Origin: Octopus vulgaris
Taxonomy: Eukaryota
Assembly (NCBI GenBank): GCA_951406725.2
Contig: OX597836.1
Span: 31,682,001 to 31,746,000 of the forward strand
Direction of reading: 5' to 3'
Length of the DNA: 64,000 nt
The notes beneath the pieces are model-generated. The model was not told where the DNA came from, ran no database searches, and saw nothing but the letters and a program-made list of their open reading frames with translations. The first letter of the stretch is position 1, and each line of letters opens with the position of its first letter. The position numbers and the translations under genes are program-made. Shown piece after piece: positions 53,684 through 64,000 of this stretch.

Positions 53684-54075
53684 CAGGCATGGTTGCCTGG
53701 TAAGAAGCTTGCTTTTCAACTATATGGTTTCGGGTTCAGTCCCACTGCATGGCACCTTGGGCAAGTGTTTTCTACTATAGCCTTGGGTTGACCAAAGCCT
53801 TGTGGGTGGATTTGGTAGATGGGAACTGAAAGGAGCTGTCATATATATATATATATCTACATGTGTGTGTCTTTGTGTCTGTTTGTTCCTTGCTACTGCT
53901 CAATAACCGGTGTCGGTGTGTTTATGTTCCTAAAACTTAGCTGTTTGGCAAGTTTTAATAGAATAAGTACCAGGCTTTAAAAAAATAGTCACAGGGTCAA
54001 TTCACTTGACTAAAACCATTCAAGGTGGTGCCCCAGCATGGCCACAGTCAAAAATGACTGAAACAAGCAAAAAAT
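53684..54075 (+). mobile_element. SINE family A (older copy)
   Basis: Diverged family-A modules. Confidence 0.8.
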
Positions 54076-54199
54076 TAAAAAATCTGCTGTGTGGGCTCCA
54101 TAGCTAACATTTTCAAGAGGTTTACTGCAATTGATCTGTTGCTCCGAAAAGACAATACAACACTTATAAGTTGCAAAAACGTTTTTACATTATTTATAA

Positions 54200-54730
54200 A
54201 GACGAGATATTTGAGAGCTATGGTTGGTGTGACATGGATGGACAGGATGAGGAATGAAGGTGAGCAGGAATGAGAGAAAAGCTAACCACCAAAATGGATA
54301 GACGAATGTTGAGGGGGTTCGGCCACATGGAAAGGATGGATGAGGACCGGATGGTAAGGAGGGTGATGAAGGCAGAAGTGGTAAGCAGCAGAACCAGAAG
54401 CAGATCTCAGTTTGTGTGGATGGATGGAGTGAGGAAGGCCTTGGTGGCTAGAGGTGTTGGAGTGAGAGAAGCAAGAGAGTTTATAAATGATAGGAAAGCT
54501 TGGAGAGTGTTTGTGGACGGATGAGTGAATTTTGATGTTGCTCAAAGGAGTCTGGAACCAGCATGATGCGGTGGGGGTAAACCAGCATATGCTGTCAGGT
54601 CCTGCTGCTGATACTGGGGGTTGTGTTCTATGCCTTGACCTGAACAAAGAACGGGGTTTGCCTGTTTGAGCTGGGAAATGAATAGAATGCTTGGTGTGTG
54701 TCTTGTTGTTGCTACCCCTCCTAAAAAAAG
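54200..54730 (+). mobile_element. RTE-clade LINE 3' fragment
   Basis: RYLRAMVGVTWMDRMRNE...MLRGFGHMERMDEDRMVRRV...WMDGV...DRKAWR. A second, more decayed RTE piece lies at ~19020-19200. Confidence 0.8.
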
Positions 54731-55578
54731 GGGGAATAGACCTGGGTATATAAAAATATATTATTCATAAAAAAACTTGATCATTCTCCATCATATTATT
54801 CTGAAGAAGGAAGGCAACCAGCTGGCAGTATTGTTAGCACATTGGACAAAAGGCTTATAAAATAGTCTTATTTCATTATGATCCACTGAGGTGGAGGCAC
54901 GTGGCTTAGTGGTTAGGGTGTTAAACTCACGATTGTAAGGTTATGGTTTCGATTCCTGGACCAGGTGATGCGCTGTGTTCTTGAGCAAAACACTTCATAT
55001 CACGTTGCTCCTGTCCACTCAGCTGGCAAAAATGAGTAATCCTGCGACGGAGCGGTGTCTCATCCAGGTGGGGAATTTCTACGCCACTGAAACTGGGAAA
55101 CCAGCCCAAAGAGGGCCTTGTGCCTAGAGTAGAAATAATTTTGTTCCACTGAGATTGTCATTGCTTTACATCCTTTCAAGGCTGCTAAAATAAGTACCAG
55201 TTGAGTACTGGGTGCAGATTTAATTGAATAGCCTCCTCCCTCAAGATTCCAGGCCTTGTGCCATGGGTAGAAAGAATTTCTCTGAGGAAGGCAGTCTGTG
55301 TGCAAAATTGTCATTAATTAAGAATTAATATAATTCCAGAAATGATTCTAAAGTTCATCTCTTCCATTTTTAATTAGATGTTTAACCTTTTATCTTTTAC
55401 TTGTTCCAGTCATTTGGCTGTGGCCATGCTGGAGCACCAGCTTAAAGAATTTTTAGTTGAATGAATTGACCTTAGTACTTATTTTTCTTTTAAGCCTGGT
55501 ATTTATTCTATCAGTTTCTGTTTGGCATGCTAATGATTCAGTCATTTTGCTGCCTTAAAGCAACTAATAATAATAATA

Positions 55579-55623
<45 letters not shown>

Positions 55624-55714
55624 GCAATAATAATAATGATAATAATAATAATAATAGTAATAATAATAATAAATAATAATAATGATAATAATAATAATAA
55701 TGATAGTAATAATA

Positions 55715-55777
<63 letters not shown>

Positions 55778-57104
55778 GTTTCAAATTTTGCCACAAAGGC
55801 AGCAGTTTTGGGGAAGGGGATGAGTTGATTTCATCGACCCCAGTATGCAACTGGTACTTATTTTATTGACCCCGAAAGGATGAAAGGCAAAGTCGACCTC
55901 AGCAGAATTTGAACTCAGAACTTGAAGACAGAAAAAATGCCGCTAAGCATTTCATTCGACATGCTAACAATTCTGCCAGTTTGCCACTTTTGAAGCCATT
56001 ATTATGATTTATTTCTCCTGTTTCCTCCTCCTCCAACTTCTTCCTCTTTCAAGCATCTGACATGGTCTAAATCACCTCAAATGGAAACAGATAAAACTGG
56101 CTGCAGACCAGACAAACATAAGCTAAACTTTTTGTAACAGCAGTGCTGCATTGGATAGTTTTTTTTTTGGATTTTTTGGAACGAATACATTTTTTTTTAA
56201 TGTTTTTATTGTTAATTCTTCATTCCTTAATCAGATTTATATTCCCAAACAAACAAAAAAAGAGGCAGCTCTGCCATATAATTGTGAATATGATGACACA
56301 TGTCTGAGAAGAGAACAACCGAAATAAAATAACAGGTCGTCTCAAGAGAGATCATAAAGGATTAAAAAAATAACGTGTAGACATTTACTTGTTATATAAA
56401 TGTTATATAAATGTAGTATTTTAAACAACTGAATATATAAATTTCATATGAGCTGATTCACAATTTCTGCAAATGAAATATATGCACAAAGTGCTTCAGA
56501 GAACAAAGAAACCTAATAAACAGTTTTTTTTAAATTATTTTTCATTTTTGTTTTCTCTTTAATATTAATATGTTTTCGTCATTTTTTTGTTTGTTTGCTG
56601 TGACAATGTGTTGAGGACTGTTCATTAATAGTTTTATTCCTATTGATTGGACGGCGCTAGATACAGAAATGAAATGCAATGCTGAAGCAGTAATGGAAAA
56701 TTAGGTGAAGCAGATAATCTTTAATGGGTTTTGTTTAAACCAAGCTTTTCAAAAGAAAATAATGCTGAGTGACTTTTATCTATTTTCTTTTTAAATGGAT
56801 TTATCATTAAGGAAAACGGGTAGCACTCTTCACCCCATTCAGGGTCTCCTTTAGCACAGTCTTGTAAGTGGATTTGATGGAGGGAAACTGAAAGAAGCCC
56901 ACCACATATATATCATAAGTGCAGGTGTGGCTATGTGGTAAGAAGTTTGTTTCTGAATCACATGGTTCTGGGATCGGTTCCACTGCATGGCACCTTGGGC
57001 AAGTGTCTTCTACTATAGCTTTGTGAGTGAAACTAAAAGAAGCCCATTGTATGTATGCAGGTTTTAGAGATCTTGTAATGAAAGAACTTTGGTTCAATTT
57101 TTCA

Positions 57105-57135
<31 letters not shown>

Positions 57136-57777
57136 ATCATCATCATTATCGTTTAACATCTACCTTCCATGCAGGCATGTATATATATATATATATATAT
57201 ATATCTCCTTTCTTTGAAATAGGTGTGATTTAAGAGAGGTTTAACTGTGATTTCTAACCAGTTAAGTAGTGATGTACAACTTCTTTCATCTTGTCAGCTT
57301 TACTGCTCTTGAATCGAGCAAAGAAATATCATCCTTTGTGTAGGAATACATGCAATCCATAAGCAGTAAAAGCATTAGTCGCTTTCCTTTTGTTGACATA
57401 AGTATAGCATTAGTCGTTTAGCTTCTTCGTAATGTTACCAATTTTCTTATATCCTTTTCTAAGAAATACATAATAGTAACGGCAATGGAAATAACTTCTT
57501 GAAATTATTCTTTTCCAAAATAATCTGGCTTCAACCATATTAAATATTTGCTGTTTAGTATATACCGCTTCTTCAAATATTTTCTTAACAACAAAATATA
57601 AGATACATTTCTGTACTTTAATTGCTAGCACTGGATGACTGAACAATTTAAAAAAAAGTTATGCAGCTGAATTGTATTCTCAAGTTGTTTTAAACCAGCC
57701 AGCACTTACATGAAACGTTTTTCTATATTGCTTTGGTTATTATTATTTTTCACAACTTTATTATTATTATTTTTATA

Positions 57778-57942
57778 GGCATAGGAGTGGCTGTGTGGTA
57801 AGTAGCTTGCTTACTAACCACATGGTTCCAGGTTCAGTCCTACTGCGTGGCACCTTGGGCAAGTGTCTTCTTCTATAGCCTCGGGCTGACCAAAACCTTG
57901 TGAATGGATTTGGTAGACGGAATCTGAAAGAAGCCCGTCGTA

Positions 57943-57973
<31 letters not shown>

Positions 57974-58330
57974 GTTTGTATGTATGCATATATTTTATTT
58001 ATTACACTATTGTTTGACAGCACCCTCGCGTCGATTCGATTCGTTCATTTTGTTCCATTCTTCTTCTCTCCAAGTACTGTTTTATATATATATATATGTA
58101 TGTGTGTGTGTATATATGTTTGTGTGCCTGTGTCTGTCCCCCCAACATCGCTTGACAACCAATGCTGGTGTGTTTACGTCCCCGTAACTTAGTAGTTCGG
58201 CAATAAGAGACCGATAGAACAAGTACTAGGCTTACAAAGAATAAGTCCTGTGGTCGATTTGCTCGACTAAAGGCGGTGCTCCAGCATGGCCACGGTCAAA
58301 TGACTGAAACAGGTAAAAGAGTAAAAGAGT
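57778..58330 (+). mobile_element. SINE family A with internal insertion
   Basis: Family-A modules separated by ~100 bp of extra sequence inside the TA tract. Confidence 0.85.
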
Positions 58331-60122
58331 AACTGTGAATTTACTTAAACTTTTTGGCTTGTATTGTAGCTCAGGAAAGAGAAATGCATTTTTGATTACA
58401 GTCCACAATCCACTTGAGTTCTTCCAATATTAACATAGCAGTTCTATTTTTTGTTGTGGTTTTCAAACTAAAAATAAGCCAATGCTAATTCATTTTTTTC
58501 TCTCGTTTCAGCACCAAGTTTTCTTAGTGAGTGTGTGTGTTTTTGTACAGTCGATCCATTCACTTCAAGATGTCTATCAATTTTTGAATGGCTTCCACCA
58601 TATGGATGATGTTCTGTGACTTCTGTTGCTCAGCAGTATTTGTGGTTTATAGATGTGGCATAGGAGCAGGGGTGGTTGTGTGGCTAAATAGCTTACTTCT
58701 CAAAAATGTGGTCTTAGATTCACTCCTACAGCATACCTATTTCTTTACTACCCACAAGGGGCTACACACAGAGGGGACAAACAAGGACAGACAAATGGAT
58801 TAAGTCGATTATATCAACCCTAGTGCGTTACTGGTACTTATTTAATCGACCCCGAAAGGATGAAAGACAAAGTCGACCTCGGCGGAATTTGAACTCAGGA
58901 CGTAGTGGCAGATGAAGTACCGCTAAGCATTTTGCCCAGCGTGCTAATGTTTCTGCCAGCTTGCTGCCTTCTCCTACAGCATACCACCTTGTGAAATGTC
59001 TTTTACTTTAGCCCCAAGACTTCTACTTTAGCACAGTCTTATAAGTGGATTTGATGGAGGGAAACTGAAAGAAGCCCACCACATATATATCATAGGTGCA
59101 GGTGTGGCTATGTCGTAAGAAGTTTGTTTCTGAATCACATGGTTCTGGGATCGGTTCCACTGCATGGCACCTTGGGCAAGTGTCTTCTACTATAGCTTTG
59201 TGAGTGAAACTAAAAGAAGCCCATTGTATGTATGTGTGTATGTATGCATGCTTGTGTGTGTGTGTGTATGATGTTGTATGTATGCCTGTATGTTCATGTA
59301 TGTGTTTATGTATACCTTTGTGTAGACATAGCATAATGATTGTAAATGATCATCATCATTATCATCATCATCAACACCATCATCATCATCATCATCATCA
59401 TTACTTTCCCCCTGTATATATATATATATATATATATATACCATTTGAACGTGGCTGTTGCCAGTACTGCCAGACTGACCCTCATGCCAGTGGCATGTAA
59501 AAGCACCCACACTACACTCTCGAAGTGGTTGGCGTTAGGAAGGGCATCCAGCTCTAGAAACTCTGCCAGATCATGATTGGAGCCTGGTGCAGCCATCTGG
59601 TTCGCCAGCCCTCAGTCAAAATCGTCCAACCCATGCTAGCATGGAAAGCGGACGTTAAATGATGATGATGATGATGATGGGCATCTGCCAAATTCACTCA
59701 CAGGGCTTAGGTCGGCCCAAATGTATAGTAGGAGACACTTGTCCAAGGTGCTGTGCTGTGCAGTGGGACTGAACCCAAGAACACATGGTTGGGAAGCAAA
59801 CTTCTTACCCATACAGTCACACCTGTACCTATCTCTATTCTATTCCTTTCTAATTCTGTTCTTAAAACTTAGAAACTCTATTGACCAGAATCACAGGAGT
59901 CACTGGAGAGGGACATTGAAGCAGTGGGACGAAGAAGGACTGATCTATGGCATGTTTTCAACTAGTGACATAGTGAATGGTCCAATGAGCGGGCATGAGA
60001 GGAAGGAGTGGCAGATGTGGTGGACGGGAGTGAATACTGTGAACTATATGAAAATCAAATTCCAATACCAAATATTTAAGTAAACAGCAATACCAAAGAA
60101 AAAAAATAAAATTCCAACTTAC

Positions 60123-60261
60123 CAAAGGACTGTCTGGACCATAAGTTTCACTGACCTTCACCAAATCATCAATGTACCAAGTGATGAGGTGAGGCTGGAC
60201 AACAGGTGGGAATTTTAACTTTTGCAAAATATACCACATAGCTAATTTCTTTGGAAGAGAT
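60123..60261 (-). CDS. ENPP: ENPP-family exon (139 nt; SLPKKLAMWYILQKLKFPPVVQPHLITWYIDDLVKVSETYGPDSPL)
   Basis: attag|A...TTG|gtaagt. Aligns by eye with ENPP1 [45 protein letters not shown]. Phase 2 to 0. Confidence 0.88.
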
Positions 60262-60262
60262 C

Positions 60263-60319
<57 letters not shown>

Positions 60320-60369
60320 TAAAAATAATGATGATGATGATGATGATGATGATGACAATGATGATGATA

Positions 60370-60452
<83 letters not shown>

Positions 60453-60797
60453 AATGAGGAGACCCCCTTCAGTCATGAATGACCATGGGATTGCACCTAG
60501 AAAGTTACCCTCCGAGGCACAAGTCCGGGCAAAGTTGTTTATGGAAGGCTGGCAGTCGCCCATGTATACCAGCCTCTCCTCTCCACACCACTGATGTTAT
60601 CCAAGGGAAAGGAAAAGACTGATACAGCTTGGCAACAGTGACGTCACAACTCATTTCTACAGCTGAGTGAACTGGAGCAACGTGAAATAAAGTGTCTTGC
60701 TCAAGAACACAACACGCAGCCCAGTTCGAGATTCGGACTCACAACTTCACGATCGTAAGCTTGACATTCTAACCGCTGAGCCATGCACCTTCATATG

Positions 60798-60844
<47 letters not shown>

Positions 60845-60852
60845 ACTAATAC

Positions 60853-60909
<57 letters not shown>

Positions 60910-61489
60910 TAATAGTAATGATGATGATTTTGGTTGTGCAACAGAACAATTAAGCAAAAGATTTAATAGGCACAGATATGGCATCAGACAAAATAACAGT
61001 TGTTCAACAGAACTTGCCAAACATTTTGCATTAAATGGCTGCAATTTTGAAAGGGACTTGAAAGTTGCATATTCTCAGAAAATATTCTGAATCTGTTACA
61101 CTTCCAATACTCAAAATGCACGAGGAGAAATATGTTTGCTGGAAGAATGAATAAAATAACGAGAGAATCTCATCAAATTTACACAAAACTGTTTGAGAGG
61201 TAAAAGTCGATACAGCTTGGCACCAGTGATGTCACAACACTTTTCTACAGCTGAGTGAACTGGAGCAATGTGAAAATAAAGTGTCTTGCTCAAGAACATA
61301 ACACACAGCCCGACCTGGAATCGAACTCACTACTTCATGATTGTGAGTCTGTTGCTCTAACTACTGAGCTATGTGCCTTCACTGAGTATTAGTAAACATT
61401 ATATGTGATAAACCAGAGGAGAGTGATGTTAGCTGGATGAGTGATGGTAGATAAAACAGATAATGAAAAAAGGATAAAATGTGATGTAT

Positions 61490-61906
61490 AGGCGCAGGAG
61501 TGGTTGTGTGGTAAGTAGCTTGCTAACCAACCACATGGTTCTGGGTTCAGTCCCACTGCGTGGCACCTTGGGCAAGTGTTTTCTACTATAGCCTTGGGCC
61601 GACCAAAGCCTTGTGAGTGGATTTGGTAGACAGAAACTGAAAGAAGCCCGTCGTATATATATATATATATATGTGCGTGTGTGTGTTTGTGTGTCTGTGT
61701 TTGTCCCCCTAGCATTGCTTGATAACCGATGCTGGTGTGCTTATGTCCCCGTTACTTAGCGGTTCGGCAAAAGAGACCGATAGAATAAGTACTGGGCTTA
61801 CAAAAAGAATAAGTCCCGGGGTCGAGTTGCTCGATTAAAGGTGGTGCTCCAGCATGGCCGCAGTCAAATGACTGAAACAAGTAAAAGAGTAAAAGAGTAA
61901 AAGAGT
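61490..61906 (+). mobile_element. SINE family A, full length
   Basis: Family-A modules. Confidence 0.9.
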
Positions 61907-62741
61907 ATAAGAACCAATTTAGATACTCAGTGAGGGGGTATACAAAAAGAAAAAATGTTGAATGAAGAAATTTTAGCCATGAATGACCAAACTGTAAATA
62001 GATATTCTGAAGAATTAAGACAGACAACTGCAGAGATACAATACTGAAGATACACTGGCATGAACAGATTAAATGGCTATAAAAAAATATAAAACAAATG
62101 AATATGGCAATGACTAGTAACCTAACTAACAAAAGCATAGAATGACTTTCAAAAAAAAAAAGTATTTGTTTCATTTGGTTTGATTTATTTTGCTTGAATT
62201 TTCCATTCCTTCTGCTTGAGTTTTCTATTCCTAGTGTCACATATAATTACATATGAGTTTGCAGAAAATAAGAGATTTCAGGTTTTGTCTTTGATTAGCC
62301 AAATCCAATGACAAATCTCTTTCAAAGATATATTATTTGTGATGAGCTTGTACAGAACAAAGAAAGAATACACCAAAGAGATCTCCTTTCTATTTTGATT
62401 TCCTTTCTGTTTTGCTTCAATTGCAAACTGGAAAACCACTGGCCATTTGAATCATTTAGAGATTTTTGTGATGTTAGTTCTGAACAAAACTGAAACAAAG
62501 TATTCCCAAGCACTTACTAGCATTTTCCTCTCCAACAATAAGAACTCAGAGTATCCCATTAAAGACCAAATCCCTTTGCCAATTTCTTTTTGCAACCAAA
62601 AGCATATAATTAACATGCGAAAAAAAACTAGATCCTTCATTAAGTAATTAGACTGAATAGTTATTCTTCAAGAATACTCACAGAAAATACCTTAAGATTG
62701 TCAAAAATATTTCAAAATAAATCTTTGAAAGCTGAACTTAC

Positions 62742-62775
62742 TTTTCCCTGTCTGGAAACTTCTCTGGAATTACAC
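62742..62775 (-). CDS. ENPP: ENPP-family gene, first visible exon (34-nt micro-exon; GVIPEKFPDRE[K])
   Basis: On the minus strand: tacag|GTGTAATTCC...AGGGAAAA|gtaagt. Its phase-2 end joins the next exon (AA|A=K). Its position matches the GxxPD segment preceding the VPFEER helix of ENPP1-3. Confidence 0.65.
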
Positions 62776-64000
62776 CTGTAATATATGCAGAAGACAAGGT
62801 TTTAAACTAAACCTACTTGAAAGTCGTTACTTGGAAAGAATGCATACTTTCAAGGTTAAGTGTGCATACATGTGTATAAAAAAGGATGAAGCTCAGTCTT
62901 GAGTTGTATAGACGCATAAAGCTGGTTTCCTAGATTCTGTGGTGTATATATATTTCCCCTGGACAAGATGCCAGTCTACTGCAAGAATATTCATTTTTGC
63001 CACCTGAGTGGACTGGAGCAACATGAAATAAAATGTTTTGTGGTGTGTTTACGTCCCCGTAACTTAGCAGTTCAGCAAAAGAAACCGATAGAATAAGTAC
63101 TAGGCTTACAAAGAATAAGTCCTGGGGTTGATTTGCTCGACTAAAGGCGGTGCTCCAGCATGGCCGCAGTCAAATGACTGAAACAAGTAAAAGTGTAAAA
63201 GAGTAAGAGTACATTGCCCAGTCCAAGAATTGAAACCACTATCTTATGATCGCGAGTCCAAAACTCACCACTAAGCCATGCACCGCCCACTACACTCTCA
63301 GAGTGGTTGGCATTAGGAAGGGCATCCAGCTGTAGAAACACTGCCAGATCAGACTGGAGCCTGGTGCAGCCTCCTGGCTTCCCAGACCCCAGTTGAACCG
63401 TCCAACCCATGCCAGCATAGAAAACAGATGTTAAACGATGACGACAATGATGATTATGTGTATGTATGCATATGTATTGTATAGTACATGACTATTTCAG
63501 TGCAATTTCCGACACAGTTATGTTATTGTAGAATTGTATACTAATGTATTCATGTATGCTTGAATGTATGTATGACTGAGTGTATATATATGCTTGTGTG
63601 AGTTCATTATGATAACTGTATTAAGTTACTGATTTGTATCTTAAAACTGTTCTTTATTATTTGTCATTGAATGTTCCACCACTTATTACATTTGAGCTAT
63701 GTGCTATTCATGTTCTGATGAATATCAGAGAGCATAATCCTATGAACCCAGAAAATTTAAAACAGAGGGTTACCTAATTGCAAACAAATGTGGTAACATG
63801 TAACATCATTGACCAAGGTAACTGTGGTCTTTTCTGTAGGCTTTTATTCTCACGGATAAACCTTATCTGCTTCCCCCTTTACACTTTACACCATGACACT
63901 GTGATACATGATCCCTATTGATCGTTTTTTTCCCCTTTTTTTTTCTTCTTTCCCTTTTACGATCCCTTTTGATCGAAAACCTAACCCACCTTTGTTTTTT

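Noticed and set aside
63774-63833. Possible further upstream ENPP exon (AG...GT bounded)
   Set aside because: The phase-compatible translation (KTTVTLVNDVTCYHICLQL) lacks the expected FxWPGS-like motif, and the acceptor is poor.

Overview
AT-rich, repeat-dense eukaryotic DNA. The SINE and microsatellite content suggests a cephalopod (octopus-like) genome, which is an inference. Nearly the whole window lies inside one minus-strand, intron-rich gene of the ENPP/NPP (ectonucleotide pyrophosphatase/phosphodiesterase, ENPP1-3 type) family. Nine GT-AG exons (62775 down to 6098; 1,100 nt, about 366 codons) splice in frame. They cover the C-terminal half of the phosphodiesterase domain and the start of the nuclease-like domain. 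The reading frame and structural motifs are intact, but all three Zn1 ligands appear substituted (EPDxxGH becomes DLVKVSE; GxHG becomes GSSG), which suggests a pseudoenzyme or a rewired metal site. The introns hold four modular SINE-type families, decayed Gypsy, RTE, CRE-like and Tc1/mariner fragments, MITEs, a probable Helitron and minisatellites. At least five unrelated minimal hammerhead-ribozyme motifs of the Penelope-like-element type are also present. One lies in a tRNA-headed element with an inverted copy of its 3' end and an 8-bp target-site duplication (TSD), a candidate Penelope-mobilised SINE/retrozyme. Most long ORFs in the supplied track are repeat artefacts.
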